From assembly GCF_009914755.1 (NCBI RefSeq), contig NC_060927.1: 64,000 bases of DNA; one strand, 5' to 3'. Under the pieces are notes generated by a model. It saw nothing but the letters and a program-made list of their open reading frames with translations, was not told the DNA's origin and searched no databases. Source of the stretch: the human T2T-CHM13v2.0 reference genome, Homo sapiens. The position numbers were made by a program, and so were the translations under genes. Below are positions 25,191 to 38,300 of this stretch, piece by piece (the stretch's first letter is position 1; every line of letters begins with the position of its first letter).

Positions 25191-26512
25191 CCCAGAAAGA
25201 AAGTAGAAATGGAAAGGGAAAATTAAGGAAAATGAGGAAGAGGGAGAAAGAGAGAGGAAGTTGGTGTAGAGGGAAATGCCAAGACAGATGTTGAATACAT
25301 ATTCAGTGAATAACTATTATGTTTCCAAAACAGTACAAAGAGCTAAATGAGAGCAAATATAAGCAAAGCCATGGAAAAGAAGGCCTGACAAATCAAGTCT
25401 TTAGTGTTCTAAGGTTGGTTCTTTCAAAAAAGGTTATATTCAGGCTGACCACAAATTGCTGAAGTATTAAATACGTGTTTATATATATTTGAATATGTTA
25501 TCCCCATTTTTAAAGGCTGCTGTATTACAAGTTCCATGAGTATAAAGATTTTGTTCTGTATTAGATGACTTTCACAAAATATATATGTTCCTTTTACCTC
25601 TGCACAGTGCTGATCTAACACTATATATTTCTGAAATAATTTCCAATGAAATTGGCACATATATAATAGTTCACTCAGCACAGTGCACATATTTATATAT
25701 ACATATATGCTTTATGGCTTCATTCTCTTTTGGCCACTGAGGGCTAGCATAGCAGTCTTGTTCTGTATACTCTTCGCTAATGAAGTTACCACATTGCATT
25801 GCAAACATTCTTAATGAAGACTCATCTATTATTCTAAGGTAAAATTTTTTTTAAAAGGCTGTTTTCTCAGTTGTGGCCTCTCCATCTGCTGTTATTTTGT
25901 CTTCTAGGAAATAGTTGTAGACTCTCATTACTGACGAAAATATTTGCCCTAGATGGACTTCCTTTGCAACAACTCTAGTATGATTACACTGAATTGTAAC
26001 ATACAGGTTTTACAGGGGCTAGTCTAGTCATCTTCAAGGAAATGATCATGAACAAAGAGTAAAGGACACAGGCATTTGGGAGTTGTTAGGAGAACTTTGA
26101 CGTTACGGAAAATATGGGGAGAACTGAATAGGTTGAGTTCTAATGAACTAATAGGTCCAGTTTACTCATACAATGATATTACTAAGATTCCAAAGTCAGC
26201 CTCTACAATGTGGTCATTTCATCACATTTAAGAAGAAACCTCAAACGTCCAAAAGAAACTAAAACTTTTAAAAAGTGTTTTGAACTTTGAAAATAAAACA
26301 AGAAAACAGATTTCAAACCCTGGAAGGACTGTTACAAACTGCTAACTAGTCCTAATTTTAAAGAATAATAATGTGGAAGCAAACTTATCCTGGTGCCTTT
26401 ATCCAGGTAAAGAACAGTGTATAAAAAAGGGCAACAGATCTCCAACCAGAGTTGAGTGGTTGTGCAGAGACTATATGGCACACAAAGCCAAAAATATTTA
26501 CTCTCTGGGCCT

Positions 26513-26946
26513 TGCAAAAGAAAAGTTAATTCAGCCCAATTAAATTTAAAGGAGTTTAATGGAGCAGTGAGTGATTCGCGAATCAGGCAGCCCCCAGAAT
26601 TACAGCAGATTCAGAGAGACTCCAGGGATGCCTTGTGGTCAGAACAAATTTATGGACAAAAAAAGGGAAGTGACATACAGAACTCGGAAGTGAGGTGCAG
26701 GAACAGCTGGATTGGTCAGAAGTTGGCATTTGGCTTATTTGAACACAGTTTGAACACTCAGCAGTGTATCAGTGGTTGAAGTACCGCTGCTGGGATTGGC
26801 CAAGACTCCACTATTGTTACAGGCACATACTCCTAAGTTAGGTTTTCAGTCTTGTCTACTTGTTAAGTTAGGTTGCAGTTCATCCACAAGGCATCAAATA
26901 TAGAAGTACAGAGTCCTTCTCAGGCCATATTTAGTTTGCTTTAACA
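26513..26946 (-). mobile_element. ERV1 solo LTR, MER57-like, inserted in a MER58A-like fragment
   Basis: The reverse complement begins tgttaaagcaaactaaatatggcctgagaaggactc. The left flank 26445-26512 is MER58-like (cagagactatatggcacacaaagccaaaatatttactctctgg). Confidence 0.85.
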
Positions 26947-28999
26947 ACTTTTAAAAGTTTCCCAATCTTTTCTCTAAAGGGCACAAATAGGTGCTGAAGA
27001 AATGTTTAGTCATAGCAAATACGGAAGAATGTTTTAACTCAGATTGTGAGTACCAGTAGAAATTCATTAATTTTTGCTGCACCGTACCTACAGTGTCTCA
27101 GTGTTAGGAGGGCTCTTAGAAGTCATTAAGTCTAACTCTCTATGAACTGGACTGCAGCTAGGAAAATTTGTCTTTCTTCTTCATAAAGAGAGTAAGCTGG
27201 GGAGTAAAGTGACAAAAGTAAACACTCAGCTGAAAAGATGATTTACCCATTTAAGAGAACTGAGAGGGCAGCTTACTTATAAATAAATGTAATTGAGAAA
27301 TAAAGAGAAACCAAAGCTCTGTGTGCTGGGGTTTGATATGTTCATCATAAAGCATTCTTCAAATTTAATTTATTCATCTCAGTGGGGCCAGTGCTTGGCA
27401 ATATGTTCCTAAATTTCAGATTCACTAGACAATTGAAATCAATAAAGCTTAGTTTCCTTATATGGTACAATTCACCAATGTATATTAATTCATGTTCTCT
27501 TTCCTCCAGACACGTTGAGTCAGTAAGATTTTGCTGTCTTTTTTTTTTTAAATAAAAAGATGACCTTCTCTTCCTTGTAGTATATATCTAGAAGTCATTC
27601 TATAATTTGTGTGAGGAAACTTGAAGTCTTCACTGGTTGAAAGGTAAAAAGGATCATGACACAATTCAGTCTCAATTGCTAACAACAACAAGTAGAGATC
27701 AGTATAAAAGTCCTGGAGTCATGAAATATGTGTAGCTTTGGGAAAATATTGAAATATGGCGAAATATGGAATGCAAGACTCCTTCTGTGGCTTCTGTTCA
27801 CTGTCACTTACAGGTCATTTAAATTGTTTAGGAACATAAGATATAGATCTAAATACACACCCCCCTTCATTAGCTTCTAAAATATTTTTAAGCATAATTT
27901 TAAGAGAAAAAGTTATTTTTATAATTACAAGCTCACTAATTGAGCTTATTTTTGTTAGTTTTCCATTTTTATTATAAATAGAATTATGAAGTGACAATCT
28001 CTAAGCTAATGATCATCTCCTAGTAGGCTGGTAAGTAATTCACAGTAAAGGAGTTAGAAAAAAATAAAAACAAAATGCCTAAATTTATTGATTAAAACAC
28101 ATGAAATATAGAGAAGTCAGTCCCATTCTAGGGTTGGTCATTCTCTTTAGTTGGTGCTTCTGTCCAATCTTTATTATATAGCCTTATTGTGTTCTGAAAA
28201 GTCAGCCTTCCTCAATCATTCAATATATTTTTCTCAATTTCGGGTATCATCACAAAATAGACCAGTTTCTTCCCTGGCCTAAGATGGAAGACTGTATGGG
28301 AAATGGGGAGCAGAAGAGACAGAGTTTATTTTGTGCAGAGACCAGTACCTTTAAGGTGCCCTGTGTTTGAACCACAAGTCCTGAACATGCCATTTCTTTT
28401 GAAATCTAGGTAAATGTAGTCTTAGTGCTGTCATTACTTATATTAAAACTATTTTCAAAAAACCAAGATGCCATGAGGTGAAAGAGCATATCTACTGTGA
28501 TGTTTCAGAAGATGGAACAAGGGCTAGTGGTGGGTACGGTCATCAAGTAAATGAAGAATTTTCTAGGAATTGGACCTCAGACTGTCTTGTGAATTAATAA
28601 ACTTTTTAATCTAGCAAATGTCGAAGCTTGATAGTTTTTGCAAGAGATGTACAGAGGGATGATCCTTGCCTAAACTGAGTAACATACTGGGCAGATGACC
28701 TACTGCCTTTCAGCTAATTCTAATACTCCATAGTTTTATGTTATGGATTTTTAATTCTTGGGACAAATGCTTTTTCAGCCATGTTTTTGCTTTAAAGTAT
28801 AGAATCATAGAGAATAATTATCTTATGAAACACAAATAATTTGGTTGTCAGCAGAGATACAGAGTCTCCAAATGAGTTGGTTTTATCTGGATTTGTCAAT
28901 ACAAATGTCTGAGAATAAGGCACTGTCTGATTTAGATGTTATAAAAAATGTGGTTATAATATTGAGGAAGGTAAACCCAGATAACACAGTCACCATTAA

Positions 29000-30070
29000 A
29001 TATTCATTTAATAAATAATTATTGATATCTGTTTTATGCCACATGTTGTGTTAAGCTCTGAGCATTCAATGGTCAATGAGAAAGACACAGTCTTATGGGG
29101 CATATAGTCTAGTAATAGTCTAGTAGGATATTACATATGATAAAGAAATTAATCAAATAAATGACAAAAATTGCAAATTGGGATAAATGTCAAAAAGGAG
29201 AGCAATATTTTGTTAATATTAGAAATAAATGAGTGCTGGGTTGCTACTTCAGAGAGAGTAGTTTGAAAGACCTCTCTTAAGAAGTGGGATCCGAAAGATC
29301 TAATCATAGAAAGTGTAGGGAGGGGCAGACAGTCCAGGCTGAAGAAAAGAAAGTGCAAAAGATCCAAGGTATTGAGGTACTGAAAGAAGGCCAGCATAGC
29401 TGGAGTCTGGAGAGCAAAGTGAGAGGGACAAGAGAGGCAAAAGATGAGATTGGGAGCATGGGCCAGATGGCATAGAGCATTAGAAAAGATGTAAAGTACA
29501 AGAGCATAGAAAGATTTCAAGCAGAAACTCTACATGATCTGGCTTACATTTTAAGAATACTCTTGGGCAGGTGTGGTGGCTTATGCTTGTAAGCACTTTG
29601 GGAGGCTGAGGCAGGAGGATCGCTTGAGTTCAGGAGTTTGAGACCAGCCTGAGCAACAAAGGGAGACCTTGTCTCTACAAAAAATAAAAAATTAATTAAT
29701 TAACCAGGTGTGGTGGTGCATGCTTATAGTCCCAGCTACTTGGGAGGCTGAGGTGGGAGGATGCTTGAGCCCAAGAGATCAAGGCTGTAGTGAGCTATGA
29801 TTGCACCACTGCACTCCAACTTGGGCAACAGAGTGACCTGTCTTAAAACAACAACAAAAACAGCAAAAAAACAAAACAAAACAAAACAACAAAACAAAAG
29901 AAGCAACATAAAAACTCTCGCTACTGTGAAATGGAATATGCAAGGAGATGGGTAAGAAGCTATTGCTATAATCCAAGTGAGCATTGATGGCGTCCCAGAC
30001 TAAGGTGAAAAGAAAAAACCAGAGAGAAATAGAAAGATGAAATACTTTCTATTTAGAGGTGGACTCAACA
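29000..30070 (-). mobile_element. L2 fragment interrupted by AluJ
   Basis: attcatttaataaataatattga...ttaagctctgagcattcaatggtcaatgagaaagaca; continues after the Alu (gaagctattgctataatccaagtgag). Confidence 0.75.
29565..29908 (+). mobile_element. AluJ SINE
   Basis: Dimeric Alu with J-type motifs (ggatcgcttgag, gagctatgattgcaccactgc) and a degenerate (AAC/AAAAC)n tail. Confidence 0.93.
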
Positions 30071-30146
30071 CAACATATGTATAGAGAGTGGTAAAAAGGA
30101 AAGCATGTGCAATGTTTTTGAATATGTTAATGTACTTCTAGAGTTT

Positions 30147-30184
30147 GTGTGTGTTTGTGTGTGTGTGCGTGTGTGTGTGTGTGT
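30147..30184. repeat. (TG)n microsatellite
   Basis: Seen directly. Confidence 0.9.
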
Positions 30185-31019
30185 AATGGGGTTATTCATC
30201 AGTTATCAGCCTTTTTGTTTTTGCTACTTTATGCTTTTTTGTTTTTGGTAAATAACCTTTTATTTTATGAGAGAGAGCGAGCCTCCTTGTTTTATTAATT
30301 TACTTTGCTGAGTTATCGAAGACATTATATAAATATAAATATAAAATATCTACAAGTATATTGACTTTGGGGTTTATTATATTTGGGTCTTCTTAAACTG
30401 TTTAATTGCATGATATCATTAAAAAATGGTTGCACATTCTGATTATTATGAAGGCTTTGTTCATGATGGTCTACTTTTATCTGACTTATCTACTCAGGAA
30501 ACTACATTTTATATCTTTTATTTATCTTTTATAGTATTTCACATGTTTTACAATTGCAATGTTTTATTTTTTATCATTTCACCCTTTTGGTAAAAACTCG
30601 GGCAGATATCACAAAGTTTATAATGACGTTTTCTTATGCTTTCGTCTATCCATTTGCAGGTACTATAACATACAGCAATTTATTGATGAATCTGGTACAG
30701 ACTTTGTCATTTTCTTCTCTAGATTTTAGAAAAGTTTTACTCAAAGAGTGTGTGATAATATCAATCTGTGTTTAAACTATATCCTTGCAGGTATTAAGTC
30801 CTGAGAAGCATGAAATGTTCGAATGTTTGTGTATATTATGGCCTAAAATCCATGTCCTTATGAAAATCGTATGCCTAGCACAGTTCTCGACATATTATAG
30901 ATGTTTGACAGATGTTTGTTGACTGAATGAGTGGTTTTCTTGCAGTAATGGTCACATGAGGATGTTCAGTGGCCATCTTTTTGTGTTAACACTAACACTA
31001 TAAAAGGCATTCTAATTTA

Positions 31020-32385
31020 AAAAGACTAGAAATGGAGAACAAAATGTGGTACATCTATACAATGGAATACTACTCTGCAATAAAAGGAATGAACTACCAG
31101 TTAACTCATAAGACACAACAACAAAAAAAAAACCCAGTTCAAAAATGGACAAAGAACTTGAATAGACATTTCTTAAAGAGAAGATAGATAAAGGACCAGC
31201 AAACACATGAAAAGATGCTCAACATCACCAATCATTAGAGGAATGCAAATCAAAACCTCAATGATATAACCACGTCATACAGATTAGGATGGCTACGATT
31301 AGCCATCCTAACAAAATAACAAAACAGAAACAAAAACAGAAAATAACAAATATTGGTGAGGATATGGAGAAATTGGAACCCTAGTGCATTGTTGATAAAA
31401 ACATAAAATGATATAGCTACTGTGAAAAACAGTTTTGCAGTTCCCCCAAAAATAATAGAATTACCATATGATTCAGCAATTCCATTTCAGGGCATATACT
31501 GAAAAGAATTGAAAACAGGGTCTCGAAGAGTTATTCGTACACCCATATTCAAAGCAGCATTATTCACAATAGCTAAAATGTGAAGCAACTCAAGTACCCA
31601 TTGATGGATGAATGAATAAACAAAATATGCTGTAAACACACATTGGAATATTATTCAGCCTTTAAAAAGGAGAAAATTCGGATGTACACTGCAACATGGA
31701 TAACCTTGAAGACATTATGCTAAGTGAAGTAAGTCAGTTGGGAAAATGCAAACACTGTACAATTTCACTTACATGAGGTACACAGAGTGTATAGAGGCAG
31801 AAAATAGAATGGTGATTACCAGGGATTTATGGGAAAGAAGAAATGGGTGCTTATTATTTAATGGATATGAAGTTTCAGATTTGCAAGATTAAAAAGTTCT
31901 GGAGATATATGTTGGTAATGGTTGCACAACAATATAGATGTACTTAATACCACTGAACTGTATTTTTAAATATGGCTAAAAGGTTCAATTTTATGTCATG
32001 GGTATTTTACTATGATTTTTTAAATAACTTGAAGAAAAAGAAGTACTGATACCTGCTACAATGTAAACAAACTTAAAAAAACAAACAACAACAACAAAAA
32101 CAAAAAACATTATTCTAAAATGAAAGAAGCCAGTCACAGAAGATCACATAACCAGAATACGTCCAGAATAGGTAAATATAGAGACAGAAAGTACACTAAT
32201 GCTCGCCTGGGGCTGAAAGTAGGATGGTGGGACTAGAACGTTACTGCTCGTGGGCATGGGGTATCTTGGGGGTGATTAAAGTGTTCTAAGTGTAGATTTT
32301 GGTGTTAATTATACAACCCTGTAATTATACAGGAAAATTCTACAACAAGTAAATTATATCTCAGTTAAACTACTGAAGAAAAAGA
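31020..32385 (+). mobile_element. L1MB-like 3' fragment (about 31100-32035) nested in an older L1M 3' fragment
   Basis: The host breaks at aaaaggaatgaactac and resumes at aagaagtactgatacctgctacaa. The insert has aaaaatggacaaagaacttgaatagacatttc through an L1MB-type terminus. Confidence 0.75.
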
Positions 32386-32519
32386 CTGGAAAGAATGACT
32401 CACACTATTTCAACATACTACTCCTCTCTCTTAGTAACATTAATTTATTCTACATAAAATTTATAGTCTCTTGCACACAGCACTTACATATAATTGATTT
32501 TATTTTCACATTTCAGGTA

Positions 32520-32670
32520 AAGTGGGTTGAAACTATTATCTTACCCCATGATGAAACTGAGGCTCAGGGAAAAAAATATGATTAAGCCAAGATCCTGTAG
32601 TAAATGAGAAAACCTAAATTGAAATCCAGTTCTGACTTCAAAGCCATTGAATTTTCTACTACATCATGCT
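32520..32670 (-). mobile_element. MIR fragment
   Basis: atgatgaaactgaggctcagg...gccaagatcctgtag...tctgacttcaaagcc. Confidence 0.7.
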
Positions 32671-34029
32671 TCTTCTTAATGGAGAATGGTTTAAGTTCTG
32701 TGAGGCACTCTTTACCTAACATAATTTCCCTAGTCAAACTGAAAGTATTTGAGATTAATATGTTTTCAATAGTATTGTGAAATGAATTGCTTTATTTCTC
32801 TGAATAACTTGCAATGTATGAATGACCACACACCCTAGAAGCTTGATTTTTTGGCTGGGCAATCTAGGGAGAGCTTCAGCTGGAGAGAACATTAGGGGCA
32901 GATGGTTAGTGGTCTAACAGCTGACAGCAAGGAGGAGGCATAGGCAGAGCAGAAGTCACTGGGAAGAACCAGCAGTGAGGACTGGGGACTCAGCCTGCAT
33001 TAGAGTCTAGGGTAAGGATTCCAGGCTCCCAAATGCCCTCTGGTAGCTAACAGGGACCGTTACTTTCCTGGAAGACTGAAGATGGGAACTCAACAGTAAA
33101 GAGGGTGAGAAGAAGCAAGAAAGGGCACAAGTTCCTTGAATACAAAAGAGGGCCTGGGGCACATAGAAATAGTAAACCTCATTTCATTGAAATTAGGTTG
33201 AGATTAAGAGAGGGAGCTGTGGTGGGACTGCTTTTATGTTTAGACTCAGATGTGGGATGCCCATAAAAAACTGAATTTACAGACAAAAATTAAGTGATCT
33301 CTGTCATAGAGAGAAATGCGTTAAAGCAGATCATTATCAAACACTAAACTATAAGCTCAATTAATAACAGTTTTTCTCTCCCAATTAGTGGTGACGTTTT
33401 ACCAATAATAATTTCTGTGGGTTAAGGAAAAATGGGAACAAATCTGAATATCGTTTGCTGTCTTTTATTTCAATTTCCTGAAATTATTGCTTTAATAAAG
33501 AGTTATTCTCTTTATCCCTCAGTTCTTTTGAGGCTTCCATGGTCATGGGGGTGAGATAAGAAGCAACTGGAACTCAATTTCTTTTTAACTTATTTTTCTC
33601 TACCCTGAAGCTTCTAAGAAAACTACAGGTGATAGACAAGTTGTTTCTAATCTCCATACAGGAAGAAAAGATTTCATTTTTACTGCCCACTTCTTTTCCA
33701 GTCCTTTGAAGCTTTGTAAAAAAGAGTAGAAACCATCCCAACCAGCTGGGTTTCAAAATTTAATAAAAGACTGTCCATGAAATATCCCCATTCTCAGAAG
33801 GAACATTTATAAGTAGGAAAATTCCATATGCTAAATGAACACAAAGATATGCATTCATACATCATATATTTGGTATTAATAGCAAAAGATCTGTCTAAAT
33901 GTTCCTGCAGAAGTCCAGAATAGTGTAGTCCAGAATAAGGCACAATTCTCTGCTTGGGAACACAGTCTAGTTGCCAATACTTATCTACTCTTCCTGTGGC
34001 TCCTTTGCCTGAAGAGTATTGAGCTGGCA

Positions 34030-34515
34030 ATATTATTTACCCATTGTTATGTGATAATATTACAACAATCTACATACATTGAAGCTGAAGCAATTTACAT
34101 TTATCATCTCACAGATTCTGTCAGGAATCCAGATATGGCTTAGCAGGATTCTATGGAAGGATGCCATCAAGGTGTCAGCCAGCTGTGGTCTCATCTGAGA
34201 CTCAACCTGGGAAGGGTCTACTTGCTTGCTCATATAGCTGTGCACAGCATTCAGTGGCTTGTGGACTGCTAGACTGAGGGTTCCAGGGAGCAGCTTACAA
34301 CACAGTAGTTTGCTTTTTGAAAGCCAGGGTAAAGTGAGCTTTCCAGCAAGACAGGCATACCAATCTTACATAACATAATTACATACTTCCCGTTACCTTT
34401 TCTGTATTCTATCAGTCAGAAAAAAGTCACAGTCTTACCTACACTCAAGGAATAGAAGATTACATGCACAAAAGCATGACTACCATGAAGTGGAGATCAT
34501 AGGGGCCACACTGGT
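34030..34515 (-). mobile_element. MaLR LTR (MLT1F/G-like)
   Basis: catttatcatctcacagattctgtcaggaatccagatatggcttagc...caaggtgtcagccagctgtggtctcatctgag. Confidence 0.75.
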
Positions 34516-35049
34516 TTACTCTTACCTTGGAGATGCTGATAGTGCTGCCTAATTTCTCCTCATTTGTTTCCTTCTACAGAATGAAGCTTGAATGCGGTTT
34601 AGACCATCTTTTTATACTCCAAAACCTAAAAGTACAACAGTAACCACATGAATCATGATTTAATGACAGTGATCTGCTGTAGTTTAATCTTAGCTTCAAT
34701 GCATTGTATTATTATGCATACTTATTATATATTTTCCTGTCTCTCCAATTAGATTCCAAGCATTATTTTCTACATCCTTCATGCTAGGAACAGCTTCCTT
34801 TCTTCCGATTCATATTTATAAGAATACCACTTTGCTCGTGTGTTTTATTGTAATTTCTCTTCATTTGGAAATTGACTTAGTCTTCAGCTCCCTCTCCTTC
34901 TATCGTGCATCTTTCCTAGCTCTCCCTTTCAAAGTTAGATCTACCTGAGAAAGTACCTCACAATCCTTCTTTAATAGTGACAGTCCCATCACTTTGCTAT
35001 TTTGCCTTGACTTTTCTCTCCAAGGTTGTTTGGGTTGTTCCCCTGGAAA

Positions 35050-35310
35050 AGAAGGATTGTGATTATTCTGTGTAGCTCCAGAAGACAGAATGAAGATCAA
35101 TAATAGGAAGTGAGAGGGAAAAATTGTAACTCAGTTTCTGGAAGAGTTTTCTAACAACAACAACGACAATGTGACAGTCCCTGGAAGTGCCAAGGTAGGA
35201 GCTGTCCCTTCGTCAGCAGTCCTGGAGAAAGAATGCCAATGCTGCAGTGTCACAACTTAAAGGACTGACTTCTCCTTTAAGATCTCTCCCAACCCTGAGA
35301 GGACATCATT
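35050..35310 (+). mobile_element. L3/CR1 (or MIR3) 3' fragment
   Basis: ttattctgtgtagctccagaagacagaa...ggaagagttttctaacaa...taagatctctcccaaccctgag. Confidence 0.5.
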
Positions 35311-38300
35311 CAGAAAGGATGTTTTCAAATTTTCTTTTCATCTTCTTTTCCAAAGTCTAAGCAAAAATAATTAAATTAATTTAAAAGCTAAATGAAATGA
35401 AATAAAATAAAACCTCCCTAGCATAGCCACCAAATTAACCTCTTCAGGATGGTCGCATTTCTCCCCTCCTACCTCCACCCACTTTGACTTTGCACTTTGC
35501 AATGCTGGACTTTGTTTCCACCTTTCCAATGCATACATTTCTTTCTGTTATTGGTAGTGCTACGAGCTCTCAGGACTATGATTAGTCTTTGCTGCATCCC
35601 CAAATCTCTTTTTTTATTTTTGTTTTCTGCAGTTTTTTTCATTTAGCATGAACTGACATCAAACAATTAGGGACAATATTGGCATTAAAAGGAACTAAAA
35701 GGAAGTCTTGCCTTATTCCCATAATTTCTCAAATTTCTTTTCCCATCTACCAAGTTATCAAGTTGAAATGCAATTTCTCACAGATCTCAACAACCCAAAA
35801 CAAAATTGGGTCATGCTTTTTGTTTGAGAAAAGAATCCTAGTTTATCAGGTTAAAGGCTCTTCCTTGATTTCAATCATGTGAATAACTTCCTGCATCCCT
35901 TTTCCGCTATGTTCAGCTTCCACACGTCAGCCATTTTCCATCCCTCTGAGAATGCTCCACTGTGCTCAGTGTCTTCACATAAATTCTGCTGTTCTAGCCA
36001 GACTTTAAATTATGTGTGATTATATTTTTAATCTAACACCTAATATCACATGACAAAAAGACAGTAGAAATTATACCCAAATAGTAGAAAATGTGGGAGT
36101 AAGACAAAAGCTGGCTTAAGATTGTCTACTTTTGAGAGAAACATTATTATTGTGTTGATTTTAAATAAATGTAAAGGTTTCAAAGATGGAAATTATGTGC
36201 TCTTGCAGAGATTTAATGCATGGTGTGAGACAGCATATATGACCTAGGATAATCCCGATGAGCTGTGAGAAGGCACTTGCCCACACAGTGTCAGAATGAC
36301 CTTAGTTGTTAATTAGCCACACAGGACCTGCCCTGGATGTTAAATGTCAAAATCATGAAGGCTTTCATGGCTAATGTCACTTCTAGATTGTTGTTGCTAG
36401 CACATAGTTTGTCAAATCATTCATGCTCTTTATCAGCCTAGTAATTCCAGGATAAAGGATAACATGCATGCAAAATACCAATGTAGTAACTGGTTCACTA
36501 TAGGCACTCAAAACAAGTGAGGCCCTTCTCCGTCTCACCCCCAGCTCACTCTATTTTTATTTTTGCATAAGCTTTTTGGCAGCAAATAATATCCATGAGA
36601 TAAAATAGAAATGACAATCCTGCCATTTCCATTCTTTTAAGGTAGAAATCTGGAATTGAGCCTCTTTTTTGATAGGCTTGTCCTGTATTATTTGTTTGAA
36701 GGCAGAGGCCCTAAAGGGGGCTTGCAAGACAAAAATGCCATATCAGCATTTTATATGGTCCTCTAAAATAATTAAACCTGGAAAAAATCTGTTTTGTTTA
36801 TCAAATTTGCATTTGTCTCACTCCCAGTTTTCAGGGTTGCTTTTATTTCCAGAAGTCAAATTTACTTTCCTCTATCCCCTTAATGTTCCTATTAAATGAA
36901 AAATACAACAAACATATACAGAACTCCACCCTTCATCCCCACTGCCACAGACACACTCAGACACACATTTGCCCATCTATCCGTAGATTCAAAAAGATTA
37001 TTTCATACTTGATTTCTTTTATACCCCTGGTAAATCAGCAAGTTAATTTATTTTCAGGGCTACTAATATGATTGATTAAATGAAAGCTGAAGAAAAAGTT
37101 GTGATTTATGTGTATGTGTTGGGTGGCAGGGTGAGGGCAGGAGGCGGGATGGGAGCAGGAATGGTTTTATAATCAGCTTTGAACGAAGCCAATTTCACAA
37201 TACATACTAGCTCCCCACAAGCTCCAGTAACCCATTAAATTTCTAGCTTCATGATGGCCGCAAATGTTGGTGAAGCTTGATCTTTTTCTTCTCCTGGTAG
37301 AGAGAAAATTTGAAAGTAAACTCCTGAACTGAGTGGATAAATGGCTGCTAAATTATCTCAGGAAATGAAAGAAAATAACAACAGGTGCCTACTGTTCAAT
37401 TATTTTGAATAAGCTGTTTTATCTTCTCACTTTAATCCAGTGGGTAGGGGTTTAACAGATTGGAAAAGGAGATTCGGAGTTCAGTTCAGTTCATTCTTGA
37501 AAGTATTCAATTACACTAATTCACATTAAATTATTAAAAACTGGGCTTTAACAATTCCCGAAATTATTTGCACTTTTTAACCTAAGTGAAACACTAGTTG
37601 ATGGTCTGGGTCTAGGATAGATGCTGGGAGGAAAGGCTTTTCCCGAGGTTCAGACCTCTCCCCACCTCTACTCTTCCTTTAATAAACCAGCTTCACAATG
37701 GTTCAGCTTTGCTTGATCTGCCCACTGCTTAGGACCCCTGTAAATATTTCTGTATTCCATGGGACTTAAAGACAAGTTGTGGGGGTAGGCCCGTTATCAA
37801 ATATGCATATCACAAATCAAAAAATGAAAATTTCCTGTATTTATATCAATATTTTACTTTTAATATGCTCACACAATTATAGACCTCAACTTTTGTAATG
37901 GTAGGGACTCTACCATACCTATTTAGTAAATACTCTTTATTTATGGTGATAATAAAAATGCAGAAAAGAACTTAGCAAATTTTAAAATAACAGTTACATA
38001 AAAATAACCAGAAGCCATTGTCTTCTCCTCTGTACCTTCTTTTAAAAATGTCTCATTATATTTTCATCTTTTAAATGTGTTTTTAATTACAAAACTCTAA
38101 TCTTGTAGTAAATGATACCAAATACACACAAACATGTTATATAAATTAATGTATTGGACACTGCACCCATTATTTATGTTATGAGATGACCTGGATTTCA
38201 TGCAAATCCTCAGAATAATAATTCTGTCATTACTCTGCATACATTTGAGCTTTGTGTAACATGTCATAGATTAAGAAAACTCTAATATTATATTAATAGT

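Noticed and set aside
10059-32385. Plus-strand bias of L1 fragments as evidence for a minus-strand host gene
   Set aside because: The sample is small, the largest L1 is on minus, and LTR orientations are mixed.
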